Shown here one piece after another: positions 1-10,704 of a stretch of 64,000 nt of DNA (positions are counted from its first letter, which is position 1; every line of letters starts with the position of its first letter). The notes below the pieces were generated by a model. The model did no database searches, had not been told where the DNA came from, and saw only the letters and a list, made by a program, of their open reading frames with translations. The position numbers and the translations under genes were made by a program. This DNA is from an uncultured Thermodesulfobacteriota bacterium (GTDB lineage: Bacteria; Desulfobacterota; GWC2-55-46; JADFVP01): contig CAYYJQ010000004.1 in NCBI GenBank assembly GCA_964472295.1, positions 11,968-75,967 on the forward strand. The letters run 5' to 3'.

Positions 1-1097
<1,097 letters not shown>

Positions 1098-1362
1098 TCA
1101 GCATGGGAAAATGCAAGTAAATATGCTGAAAAACAGGCGCCATGGAGGGGCTTGACACAAGTATATTAGATTAATCACCTCTCCCGTGAAAACCCTTATC
1201 AATGATTTGGCCCCTCAACGCTCCTTGAAGCCTGCCCCGCCTTATGATAAAAAGGGTTTACACTTAAGCGCCTTAACGTGTATATAGTATGAGACCATGG
1301 CGCGAGGCCGTGGGGTCTGCCTGGCCGAGGTCTTTACACCCTTTTAATTCAGGACCCGCGCA

Positions 1363-2754
1363 ATGAGAGAATTCGATGTAATAGTCATAGGCTCGGGCCC
1401 AGGGGGCGAGAAGGCCGCCATACAGGGCGCCAAACTTGGCAAGCGCGTGGCCCTTATCGAGCGCGAGCCCTTCATTGGAGGCGCGGGCATACACACTGGC
1501 ACCATACCGAGCAAGACCCTCCGGGAAACCGCCGTCTTTCTCGCGGGGTTCAGGCAGAGGGCGGTCTTTGGTTTTCAGTACTCGCTTAACAGAGACCTTA
1601 CCCTCGGCGAGCTCATGTACCGTAAGACCGACGTAATACGCCGGCAGATGGATGTGACCCTTGACCAACTCGGCAGGAACAACGTTGAGATAATCTACGG
1701 TGAGGGGGCCTTTCTTGACAACAGGACCATTTCCGTAAGGTCCGTTAAGGACGGGACGAGCGAGAGGCTTCGCGCCGGGGTCATAGTGATAGCCACGGGC
1801 ACACGGCCCGCGAGGCCGGAGAACATACCCTTTGAGAGCGAGCATATCCATGACACGGACTCAATCCTCGGGCTTCAGGGACTTCCCGAGAGCCTCGCCA
1901 TCATAGGCGGCGGGGTAATCGGCTGTGAGTACGCCTGCATATTCGCGGCCCTTGGCGTAAAGGTCACGCTCGTTGAGAAGAGACCGCGCATACTGAGGTT
2001 TGCCGACGAGGAGATAACAACAAGCCTTACGTACTGGATGCGGCACTCCGGCGTTACCATGGAGATGGAGGAAGAACTTGTAAATATCGAGGTCAATGAG
2101 AAAGGCAGAGTGGCTACAAGGCTTAAGAGCGGCAAACTCATCCTCACAGACCAGCTCCTCTATACAATGGGGAGGGTGGGCAACACCGACGCCCTTGACC
2201 TTGAGAATATTGAGCTCAAGGCAGGGCCAAAGGGCCTTCTGGATGTGAACCCTTTTTTTCAGACGGCCCGGCCAAATATCTACGCCGTGGGAGATGTAAT
2301 CGGTTTTCCGTCCCTTGCGGCAACGTCACGCGAACAGGGCCGGCGCGCTGTATGCCATGCCTTCGAGCGCGAGGGAGAGACCTGCGAGATGACGGGCTTC
2401 ATGCCCTTTGGCATATACACCATTCCGGAAATTTCCATGGTGGGTGCCACGGAAGAGGAACTGGAAAAAGACCATATACCCTATGAGACAGGGAGGGCAT
2501 ACTTCGAGGAGGTGGCAAGGGGACAGATAACCGGAGACCTGCACGGCATGGTGAAACTCCTCTTCCAGAGAGACACGCACAGGCTCCTTGGCGCGCATAT
2601 CCTTGGCGAAAAGGCCTCGGAACTCATACACACGGCACAGGCCGTTATGAACTACGGCGGCACGGTGGACTACTTCAAGGATACGGTATTCAACTATCCC
2701 ACCCTATCGGACGCATACAAAGCCGCGGCAATGAACGGGCTTAATAAATTATGA
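1363..2754 (+). CDS. sthA: Soluble (Si-specific) pyridine nucleotide transhydrogenase
   Basis: GSGPGG FAD motif, GTIPSKTLRE, IIGGGVIG NAD(P) motif, C-terminal FNYPTLSDAYKAAA typical of SthA/UdhA. Confidence 0.9.
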   Translation: MREFDVIVIGSGPGGEKAAIQGAKLGKRVALIEREPFIGGAGIHTGTIPSKTLRETAVFLAGFRQRAVFGFQYSLNRDLTLGELMYRKTDVIRRQMDVTLDQLGRNNVEIIYGEGAFLDNRTISVRSVKDGTSERLRAGVIVIATGTRPARPENIPFESEHIHDTDSILGLQGLPESLAIIGGGVIGCEYACIFAALGVKVTLVEKRPRILRFADEEITTSLTYWMRHSGVTMEMEEELVNIEVNEKGRVATRLKSGKLILTDQLLYTMGRVGNTDALDLENIELKAGPKGLLDVNPFFQTARPNIYAVGDVIGFPSLAATSREQGRRAVCHAFEREGETCEMTGFMPFGIYTIPEISMVGATEEELEKDHIPYETGRAYFEEVARGQITGDLHGMVKLLFQRDTHRLLGAHILGEKASELIHTAQAVMNYGGTVDYFKDTVFNYPTLSDAYKAAAMNGLNKL

Positions 2755-2782
2755 TAATTTCTATCAAGGGAGGACTCTTTCA

Positions 2783-3415
2783 ATGAAACTTAACATCATT
2801 TTCTACAGCCTCTATGGCCATGTATACCAGATGGCCGAGGCCATGGCCGAGGGCGCAAGACACATAGAAGACGCCAGGGTCAAACTCTTCCAGGTCCCTG
2901 AAACACTGCCCGAAGAAGTGCTCGAAAAGATGAACGCAATCGAGGCCAAGAAGGCCTTTGCAGGAATCCCCACGGCAAAGGTAGAGAACCTTGCCGAGGC
3001 CGACGCCGTTATCTTCGGCACACCCACAAGGTTTGGGAATATGTGCGCTCAGATGCGCTCCTTCCTCGACTCTACTGGCCAGCTCTGGCTCCAGGGAGGA
3101 CTCGTCGGCAAGGTGGGAAGCGTATTCGTCTCCACTGCCACACAACACGGCGGACAGGAGTCCACTATACTCAGTTTCCATACAACGCTCCTGCACCACG
3201 GCATGATAATCGTTGGGCTTCCCTATACGGAAAAACGCCAGATGACGCTTGAGGAAATTACAGGAGGCTCTCCTTACGGGGTCACCACCATAGCCGCGCC
3301 AGACGGCTCGCGTATGCCCAGCAAGAACGAACTCGAGATGGCACGCTTCCAGGGAATGCATGTGGCGAAAATTACAAAACGCCTCTTTGACACCAGGGAA
3401 GGAGAAGAGGAGTAA
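2783..3415 (+). CDS. wrbA: NAD(P)H:quinone oxidoreductase WrbA (flavodoxin-like)
   Basis: YSLYGHV, GTPTRFGNM, STATQHGGQE, GGSPYG motifs. Confidence 0.95.
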   Translation: MKLNIIFYSLYGHVYQMAEAMAEGARHIEDARVKLFQVPETLPEEVLEKMNAIEAKKAFAGIPTAKVENLAEADAVIFGTPTRFGNMCAQMRSFLDSTGQLWLQGGLVGKVGSVFVSTATQHGGQESTILSFHTTLLHHGMIIVGLPYTEKRQMTLEEITGGSPYGVTTIAAPDGSRMPSKNELEMARFQGMHVAKITKRLFDTREGEEE

Positions 3416-3437
3416 AGAGAGAAAAAAGGGAGAGAGA

Positions 3438-3532
3438 GGCGGGCCTTGCCCGACAAGTTTAGTAGGGTGGGCACTGCCCACCAAAGATAAAGATAAGTTG
3501 CTTTGTTGGATAGAGCGCAAGCGAAACCCAAC
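3438..3532 (+). repeat. REP-like cluster: GC hairpin, GTAG-tagged REP1 (3462-3482) and REP2 (3505-3532)
   Basis: GTAGGGTGGGCACTGCCCACC and GTTGGATAGAGCGCAAGCGAAACCCAAC between the convergent wrbA and msrP stops. Confidence 0.85.
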
Positions 3533-3539
3533 AAATCGA

Positions 3540-4523
3540 CTACCTATAGAGCCCGGCCACGAACTCGCCGTAGCCGTTGTACTTGAGGGTCTTTCTTCTT
3601 TTGTTCGTGCCGAGCATCCTTTCTTCTGCCTGGCTCCACCGTGGGTGGGGCACAGCGGGGTCCACATTCGAGGTGAAGCCGTACTCATCCGGGGCCATGG
3701 TGTTCCAGAAGGTGGCGGGCCGTTTTGAAGTAAACTCAATGCTCACGATTGCCTTTATGCTCTTGAAGCCATACTTCCATGGCGTAATAAGGCGAATGGG
3801 CGCCCCGTGCTGGGCGGGGAGTTCGTGGCCGTATATGCCCGTGGCCATGAGGGTTAGGTCGTTCATGGCCTCGGCCATGGTAAGGCCCTCTGTATAGGGC
3901 CAAGGCTGCCAGAACCTTATCCTCTGCCCGCGAAATACCTTTTTATCGTAGAGCGTCCTGAACAGGACATACCTCGCGCTACTCTCTGGCTCAACCATGC
4001 CTATGAGGTCCTTGAGTGGAAAACCCGTCCATGGAACGGCCATTGCCCAGGCCTCGACGCAGCGGAAGCGGTACAGGCGCTCCTCAAGGCCAAACCTTCT
4101 GATGAGTTTCTCCACATCATATACGCCGGGCCTCTTTACAAGGCCCTTTATCTCCACTGTCCAGGGCCTGCTCCTGAAGCCTTCCACATACCTGTATACG
4201 TTCTTTCTTGTGGAGAACTCGTAGTAATTATTGTAACGGGCCGCGACTTTTTCATCAGTAAGGGGGCGGTCGAGGGTGAAGCCAGGGTTCTGGATTGCCG
4301 GGTAGGTGTGGCCTTTTTTTTCTCTCATGCCAGAGCCCTCATGAAATAGGGACGTTGCAAGGGCCTCTGGGAGGTTAAGGAGAGCATCCATGCCATAGAG
4401 GGCCACGCCCGCGGTAAGGCCAAGGCGCGCGGCGTCTTTTAGGAATCTTCTCCTTGATAGATAGATTCCCTCTGGTGTGGCTTCCTTGAGGAAGTCCCAT
4501 GGTTTTTTTATCTTTATGAACAC
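3540..4523 (-). CDS. msrP: Protein-methionine-sulfoxide reductase catalytic subunit MsrP (Tat-exported molybdoenzyme)
   Basis: SRRRFLK Tat motif, YNNYYEF, RFRCVEAW, QHGAPIRL, PWKYGFKSIK. GTG start at 4523 chosen because AGGAGG lies 8 nt upstream; the ORF-track extension runs through repeats. Confidence 0.92.
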   Translation of the reverse strand: MFIKIKKPWDFLKEATPEGIYLSRRRFLKDAARLGLTAGVALYGMDALLNLPEALATSLFHEGSGMREKKGHTYPAIQNPGFTLDRPLTDEKVAARYNNYYEFSTRKNVYRYVEGFRSRPWTVEIKGLVKRPGVYDVEKLIRRFGLEERLYRFRCVEAWAMAVPWTGFPLKDLIGMVEPESSARYVLFRTLYDKKVFRGQRIRFWQPWPYTEGLTMAEAMNDLTLMATGIYGHELPAQHGAPIRLITPWKYGFKSIKAIVSIEFTSKRPATFWNTMAPDEYGFTSNVDPAVPHPRWSQAEERMLGTNKRRKTLKYNGYGEFVAGLYR

Positions 4524-4563
4524 AAGCAGGCCCTCCTGTGTCCCTATTTTATTATTGGTATTT

Positions 4564-4665
4564 GTTGGGTTTCGCTTTGCTCTACCCCACCTACGAAGTT
4601 TTACCAATGGCACTAAGGCCATTGGTAAAGGAAGTCTTTTTTTTGGCGGGCAGTGCCCGCCCTAT
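4564..4665 (-). repeat. REP2 (4564-4594) and REP1 variant (4645-4665), minus orientation
   Basis: Reverse complements read GTAGGTGGGGTAGAGCAAAGCGAAACCCAAC and ATAGGGCGGGCACTGCCCGCC. Confidence 0.85.
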
Positions 4666-4742
4666 CCCCCTTTCATTCTCTTTTTTCCTCCTTTTTGGCG
4701 GCCACAACCCACCTTGACCCCTTTTTCCCTTTGCCCTTCGTC

Positions 4743-6659
4743 TTATCCGTCTTCTCTGCGGAGGAATATTGTTGCCAGCGGCGGGAGTGTAACGGCCATG
4801 GAGTGTTTATATCCTTCCATTGGAACTGGTTCGGCCTTCAGGAGTCCTGAGTTTACTACTCCGCTTCCGCCGTAGATGACCTCGTCGCTATTCATGACCT
4901 CTCTCCAGAAGCCGGCCTCTGGGACTGGGACGCGGTAGGATTTTCGCACAACGGGCGTCATATTGCAGAGCACGAGCATGGACTTTCCGCCTCCATCGCG
5001 TTTGAAGTAGAGTACGCTTCCTTCCCAGTCGTGTGCCCCGAGCCAGGTAAAGCCTTTTTCGTCAAAGTCCATGGCATAGAGGGCCGGGCTTTCGCGGTAC
5101 AGGAGGTTAAGGTCTCTAACCCAGTTCTTCATGCCGGCGTGAAAGCGGTATTCAAGGACGTGCCACTCAAGTGATTCTTCGTGTGCCCATTCACGGACCT
5201 GCCCGAACTCTCCTCCCATGAAGAGGAGTTTTTTTCCGGGGTGGCCGTACATGTAGCCGAGAAGGAGACGGAGGTTGGCGAACTTCTGCCACTCGTCTCC
5301 CGGCATTTTACCTATGAGCGAGCCCTTTCCGTGCACTACCTCATCGTGGGAGAGGGGAAGGAGGAAGTTCTCGCTAAAGGCGTACCAGAGGCTGAAGGTG
5401 ATGTCATTGTGGTAGTGCTTCCTGAAGAGGGGGTCTTCCCTGAAGTACTCAAGCGTGTCGTGCATCCATCCCATGTTCCACTTCATGCCAAAGCCCAGAC
5501 CCCCGAGGTATGTTGGTTTTGAGACCGCCGGCCATGCCGTTGATTCCTCGGCGATTGTCTGAATGCCGGGGAACCTTCCATAGGACACCTCGTTAAGCCT
5601 CTTCAGGAAACTCATGGCCTCAAGGTTCTCTCTTCCGCCAAACTCGTTGGGTATCCATTCGCCTTCCTTACGTGAATAATCGAGATAGAGCATGGAGGCC
5701 ACGGCGTCTACGCGCAGGCCGTCTATGTGGTAGAGGTCGAGCCAGAAGAGGGCACTGCTTATGAGGAAAGAGCGGACCTCGTTTCGTCCATAATTGAAGA
5801 TAAAACTCTTCCAGTCAGGGTGAAAGCCCCTGCGCGGGTCTGCGTGCTCGTAGAGGTGCGTCCCGTCGAAAAAGCCGGGGCCGTGCTGGTCTGATGGAAA
5901 GTGCGATGGAACCCAGTCGAGTATCACGGCGATGCCTGCCTGGTGGAGGTTGTCTATGAGAAACATGAAGTCCTCTGGCGTGCCATACCTTGCCGTAGGA
6001 GCGAAGAAGCCCGTTGTCTGGTATCCCCATGAGCCGTAAAAGGGGTGCTCCATTACGGGCAGAAACTCAACATGCGTAAAGCCCATCTCAAGGACATAGG
6101 AAGTCAGTTCCACGGCCATTTCACGGTATGTTAGAAAACGGCCTTCATCGCCGCGCCGCCATGAACCAAGATGCACCTCATATACAGAGTGTGGTCCATG
6201 GAGCGAGTTTTTTTCGCTTCGCGTCTCCATCCACCCCGCGTCGCCCCACTCGTATGAGAGGTCAACGACCACAGATGCCGTCTTTGGCGGCTCTTCAGCT
6301 CCAAAGGCCAGGGGATCGGCCTTTTCCACGGTGTAACCGTTAAGCCTTGACTCGATGTAGTACTTATAGAGCGTTCCCGTTTCAAGGCCAGGTATGAACC
6401 CCTCCCAGATGCCTGACCAGTCGTCACGCACCCTGAGGGGGTGGGATGTGCGGTTCCAGCCGTTGAAGTCGCCGATGACTGCCACGTGCTTGGCATTGGG
6501 GGCCCATACAGCGAAGTGGACGCCCTTTTCGCCGTCCACCTCCAAGAGATGCGCCCCAAGTTTACGGTAGAGTTCAAAGTGGGTGCCTTCCTTTAGAAGG
6601 TATATGTCGTGGTCTGTAATGGGACCTTTATTGTAGACAATATCTGTACTCATGCTCAT
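4743..6659 (-). CDS. glgB: 1,4-alpha-glucan branching enzyme (GH13)
   Basis: [55 protein letters not shown]. Start at 6659 or 6653. Confidence 0.97.
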   Translation of the reverse strand: MSMSTDIVYNKGPITDHDIYLLKEGTHFELYRKLGAHLLEVDGEKGVHFAVWAPNAKHVAVIGDFNGWNRTSHPLRVRDDWSGIWEGFIPGLETGTLYKYYIESRLNGYTVEKADPLAFGAEEPPKTASVVVDLSYEWGDAGWMETRSEKNSLHGPHSVYEVHLGSWRRGDEGRFLTYREMAVELTSYVLEMGFTHVEFLPVMEHPFYGSWGYQTTGFFAPTARYGTPEDFMFLIDNLHQAGIAVILDWVPSHFPSDQHGPGFFDGTHLYEHADPRRGFHPDWKSFIFNYGRNEVRSFLISSALFWLDLYHIDGLRVDAVASMLYLDYSRKEGEWIPNEFGGRENLEAMSFLKRLNEVSYGRFPGIQTIAEESTAWPAVSKPTYLGGLGFGMKWNMGWMHDTLEYFREDPLFRKHYHNDITFSLWYAFSENFLLPLSHDEVVHGKGSLIGKMPGDEWQKFANLRLLLGYMYGHPGKKLLFMGGEFGQVREWAHEESLEWHVLEYRFHAGMKNWVRDLNLLYRESPALYAMDFDEKGFTWLGAHDWEGSVLYFKRDGGGKSMLVLCNMTPVVRKSYRVPVPEAGFWREVMNSDEVIYGGSGVVNSGLLKAEPVPMEGYKHSMAVTLPPLATIFLRREDG

Positions 6660-6920
6660 TGGCCATCCTTACACTTTTTATCGCCTTGCCCTACTCATTC
6701 ATCAATCTAACACATTAGGTCCTGCTAAAAAAGTTAATAAGGCCTTATTCCGGCCTGTTGCCCTCAGGGTTTGTTGGTGAAAATGCCAGGTATGTTACGC
6801 CCAAGATTCTGTGCAACTGCAAGCAATGGTGTGCGGTGGTGGTCATGCCGTCGCCTTAAAGTATCCAAGAAAATGGCAATGGGTACCCTTTTTTCAAGTG
6901 TCAGTCACAATGGCAAGGGC

Positions 6921-6936
6921 TGGCACGCATTTTGCT
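6921..6936 (+). promoter_or_regulatory. Sigma54 (RpoN) -24/-12 promoter
   Basis: TGGCAC-GCATT-TTGCT matches the consensus TGGCAC-N5-TTGCW with exact GG/GC spacing; intergenic. Confidence 0.7.
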
Positions 6937-6952
6937 TTTTTAAAACGCGGGG

Positions 6953-7030
6953 GCCATAAGGAAGCCATAAGGAAAGGGGGACTAAAGGGGGAGTAAAGGG
7001 GGCGTAAAGTGGCGTAGGGGGGCGTAGGGG
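6953..7030 (+). repeat. Degenerate 10-11 bp G-rich tandem array (about 7 units)
   Basis: GCCATAAGGAA x2, AGGGGGACTAA, AGGGGGAGTAA, AGGGGGCGTAA, AGTGGCGTAG, GGGGGCGTAG. Confidence 0.8.
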
Positions 7031-7274
7031 TGATGGGGTGAGCTGTTAATGTTCAGCATAAAAGAGTCAGGAGAAGGGAATTACAAGGCCGAAAAAGACT
7101 AAGAAGATGCCTTTGATATGATTTTGTCAATATCCAATCAGGTATCTGAAAGACTGTCAAAAAAACAGCGTCTTTTTTTTGTCATACCATTTTTTTTTTT
7201 GGAGGTCTTCTATACAACCAGTCGTCTTGAAAAAAACTTCATAACCAGAAAATCATCAAAAGGAGGAAGAAAAG

Positions 7275-7559
7275 ATGCGTATTACGGAGATCAAGGTCCT
7301 TCCAGTGGACGGTGACGAGAAACTCAAGGCATATGTGACCATCAAACTCGACGACTGCTTTATTGTGCGCGATATGAAGGTCATAAAAGGGACTAACGGC
7401 TACTTTGTGGCCATGCCCGCAAAGAAGATGAAGGACGGCACATACCGCGACCTAGCCCACCCACTCGATAAGGGCACAAGACAGATGATAGAAGAAGAGG
7501 TCATGTTCGAGTTCAAGAAGGTACACCATAATTCCACGTCCCTCTCCGCCAACGGTTAA
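7275..7559 (+). CDS. spoVG: SpoVG family nucleic-acid-binding regulator
   Basis: MRITEIKV, LKAYVTIKLDDCFIVRDMKVI, FVAMPAKK, YRDLAHP; AGGAGG RBS. Confidence 0.95.
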   Translation: MRITEIKVLPVDGDEKLKAYVTIKLDDCFIVRDMKVIKGTNGYFVAMPAKKMKDGTYRDLAHPLDKGTRQMIEEEVMFEFKKVHHNSTSLSANG

Positions 7560-7639
7560 ATGTATTGCCTGAGGCTTGAAACTGTAATTCAATACAGCTC
7601 TGGCGGGAGCTGATTATTACTCTTAAAAGAATCTCTCAT

Positions 7640-7680
7640 AACAGGGCCGGCCAGACACCATCTGTCCGGTCCTGTTTTCT
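7640..7680 (+). terminator. Probable intrinsic terminator after spoVG
   Basis: AACAGGGCCGG/CCGGTCCTGTT stem with inner CAGA/TCTG, followed by a T-rich tail. Confidence 0.7.
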
Positions 7681-8143
7681 CTCTTTATGCCCTTGACACA
7701 GGCCGAGTCAATTTATCTCTTCCATTTATAGTGGCCCAGTTTACTCTCGGACCCTGCCCCCGAATAAACACTCTCGGCAACCATGTTACACGCCATGATT
7801 CAGGCATAAGTCCCTTATAGGATTAATCTTTTCACAGGGATTCCCCCGGGTCTTCAAACCAGCTATGAATCATCGAAAAAAGAGATATGCGTAAATCGCA
7901 TCTCAAGGCCTTTTTTTAATAAAAAAGTTGACCTTTTATGCCGATAAAATATAAGATGTAGGCGTAAACTCCTGAAATTTCCGCCACATCATGAACTGCG
8001 CCAGCGCTCTTTTGTAGTAAGCAGGGTGTGTTGGCGGTTCAATAGTGGACAGGCCCTTGCATAAGGTGCCAAGGGCACAGGATGGATGAGAGGGGAAGGT
8101 AGAAGAGGGGAAGTGACCCCGGCTCAGAAAGGCTTCGAGGTCC

Positions 8144-9346
8144 ATGGCACTGAGAGTAGCGCTTGTACATGACTGGCTGACCGGGATGCGCGGCGGCGAG
8201 AGGGTCCTTGAGGCCTTTTTCGAGGTCTTTCCAGAGGCCGACCTCTTCACACTCATTTACCAGCCTGGCACCGTAACCCCCCTTATTGAGAACCACCGGA
8301 TAAAGACCTCCTTTATCCAGAGACTGCCCTTTGTAAAGAAGCACTACCGCCTTTATCTGCCCCTCTTCCCCATGGCGATTGAGAGGCTCGACCTTACAGG
8401 GTATGACCTTGTCATCTCTCTGAGCCACTGCGTTGCAAAGGGCGTTATCACCCCTCCAGGCTCAATGCACATCTGTTATATCTTTACGCCCATGAGGTAT
8501 ATCTGGGACCGTTTCAACGACTACTTTGGCCCTGGCCGGGCACCGGCCTTGAAAAGGGCGGCTTTCTCTGCAATCGCTCATTATCTCCGCGTCTGGGACA
8601 CATCATCAGCCGAGCGCGTGGACCGTTTTATCGCAATTTCAAGATACATTGCCGGAAGGGTGGGAAAATACTACGGCAGGGATGCCGGTGTCATATACCC
8701 TCCAGTGGACCTTGAGAGGTTCTCGCTATCAAAATCAGGGCCAGAAGACTTCTATCTCATAGTATCGGCCTTTGCCCCATACAAGAGGCTTGATATAGCC
8801 GTAAGGGCCTTTAACTCCATGGGTAAGAGGCTTGTAGTCGCAGGTTCCGGGCAGGACGGCAAAAAACTCCGAGCCATGGCCGGGCCAAATATTGAGTTTC
8901 TCGGCAGTGCCTCTGATGAAAAAATTGCCTCGCTCTACAGCAGGTGCCGGGCCTTGATATTTCCCGGTGAGGAAGACTTTGGCATAACACCCCTTGAGGC
9001 AATGGCCTCCGGACGGCCTGTCATCGCATACGGCGCAGGAGGCGCCCTTGAGACAGTTGTCCCCCTCTTCAGGGATAAAGACGCCTCAACGGAGAATCAT
9101 GACCCCACAGGGCTCTTTTTCTTCGAGCAGACCAAAGAGGCCCTTATAGACGCCATTACTCTATTTGAGAAAAACATAAAGAGGTTCAGCCCCGGGGCGG
9201 CACGTGAAAGGGCAGGGGAGTTTTCCCTTGAGGACTTCAGAAATACCATAAGAGACACTATTGAGAACGAATACGAAGACTTCTTGCGGACAGGGAAAAA
9301 ATGCTCAAAAAACACGCCCAGATATTCGAGAATATCCTCTTTCTGA
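8144..9346 (+). CDS. Glycosyltransferase family 4 (GT-B)
   Basis: VHDWLTGMRGGERVL, YPPVD, EDFGITPLEAMASGRPVIAY. Confidence 0.93.
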   Translation: MALRVALVHDWLTGMRGGERVLEAFFEVFPEADLFTLIYQPGTVTPLIENHRIKTSFIQRLPFVKKHYRLYLPLFPMAIERLDLTGYDLVISLSHCVAKGVITPPGSMHICYIFTPMRYIWDRFNDYFGPGRAPALKRAAFSAIAHYLRVWDTSSAERVDRFIAISRYIAGRVGKYYGRDAGVIYPPVDLERFSLSKSGPEDFYLIVSAFAPYKRLDIAVRAFNSMGKRLVVAGSGQDGKKLRAMAGPNIEFLGSASDEKIASLYSRCRALIFPGEEDFGITPLEAMASGRPVIAYGAGGALETVVPLFRDKDASTENHDPTGLFFFEQTKEALIDAITLFEKNIKRFSPGAARERAGEFSLEDFRNTIRDTIENEYEDFLRTGKKCSKNTPRYSRISSF

Positions 9347-10704
9347 CAGATATTCTCATAATACTCATATCCTGGGTACTCTCATACCATATCCGGTTCA
9401 GTTCCGGTATCTTCGCTATTGACAAGGGCGTGCCTCCGTTCAGGATGTACTTTGTCATGCTCATACCTATCACGGTCATCTGCGCCCTTGTGCTCAGAGG
9501 CTTTGGTCTCTATACGCCAAAGAGGATGGGCACGCGCATGTCAGAGGTCCTGAGCATCACCAAGGCCTGTGTAACAGCGGCTATCTTCCTCATAGCGCTG
9601 GCCTTCTTCCTTAAACTTTATGATTTTTCCCGCCTTGTGCTTATTCTCTTTACCGCCATCAACATCATGGCCCTTACAGCGGAAAGAACGCTCATAAGGG
9701 GCGTCTTCAAATACCTTAGAAAAAAGGGCTACAACTTGAGGCACGCCGTTATAGTAGGGTGCGGGGCGCCTGCGCGGGATCTTCTGAAGAGGTTCAGAAC
9801 CCACCCTGAGATAGGTATTAACGTAAAGGGGCTCTTAAGCGCCGAGGGAGGCGTTGCCTCTGGTACCATAGACAATGCCCCTGTAATCGGCTCTTACAAC
9901 GAGATAAGGGAGATTATCAAGAAGTATGGTATAGACAAGGTATTCATAGCGCTCTCCTGGGATGAGCACGAAAGGGTTGTTGATACACTGAAAGATATAG
10001 GTGATGAGACCGTGGACATCATGGTGGTCCCTGATATATGCGAGTTCATCACGCTCCGGGGTGGCATAGAGGAATTTGACGGCCTCCCCATTGTAAATCT
10101 CAGAAATACTCCTCTCTTTGGCTGGAACATGATATTAAAGAGGGCCTTTGACCTTGGGTTCTCCCTGGGCCTTATTATCCTTGCTTCTCCCCTCTTGCTC
10201 CTTATCGCCATACTCATAAAAGTAACGTCCAAGGGGCCTGTATTATACGTACAGGAGAGGATGGGGCTGGACGGTGCGACCTTCTCCATGTTAAAGTTCC
10301 GTTCAATGACGACAGAGGCAGAGGACGGAACCGGCCCTGTCTGGGCGAAAAAAGATGATAACAGGCGGACGCCCATTGGCAGGTTTCTCAGAAAGACGAG
10401 CCTTGACGAACTTCCTCAGCTCTTCAATGTCCTAAAGGGAGATATGAGCCTCGTGGGGCCAAGGCCCGAGAGACCCGTCTTTATACACGAGTTCCGAAGA
10501 AAAATCCCCCGTTATATGCTCCGCCACAAGGTCAAGGCCGGCATGACGGGCTGGGCACAGGTCAATGGATGGCGGGGCGACACTGACATTAAAAAAAGAA
10601 TAGATTACGACATATACTATATAGAACACTGGTCCTTTATCTTTGACCTCAAGATAGTCTGGCTTACGCTCTGGAAGGGCTTTGTCCACCGTAACGCCTA
10701 TTAA
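9301..10704 (+). CDS. Undecaprenyl-phosphate glucose phosphotransferase (WcaJ/GumD-like)
   Basis: N-terminal TM helices, CoA-binding-like middle, LKFRSM, SLDELPQLFNVLKGDMSLVGPRPE, GMTGWAQVNG. Confidence 0.93.
   Translation: MLKKHAQIFENILFLTDILIILISWVLSYHIRFSSGIFAIDKGVPPFRMYFVMLIPITVICALVLRGFGLYTPKRMGTRMSEVLSITKACVTAAIFLIALAFFLKLYDFSRLVLILFTAINIMALTAERTLIRGVFKYLRKKGYNLRHAVIVGCGAPARDLLKRFRTHPEIGINVKGLLSAEGGVASGTIDNAPVIGSYNEIREIIKKYGIDKVFIALSWDEHERVVDTLKDIGDETVDIMVVPDICEFITLRGGIEEFDGLPIVNLRNTPLFGWNMILKRAFDLGFSLGLIILASPLLLLIAILIKVTSKGPVLYVQERMGLDGATFSMLKFRSMTTEAEDGTGPVWAKKDDNRRTPIGRFLRKTSLDELPQLFNVLKGDMSLVGPRPERPVFIHEFRRKIPRYMLRHKVKAGMTGWAQVNGWRGDTDIKKRIDYDIYYIEHWSFIFDLKIVWLTLWKGFVHRNAY

Noticed and set aside
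2780-3739. 319-aa minus-strand ORF
   Set aside because: Antisense shadow of wrbA extended through repeat DNA; no recognisable motifs.
4524-4622. N-terminal extension of msrP in the ORF track
   Set aside because: It translates REP2 DNA; a GTG with a good RBS exists at 4523.
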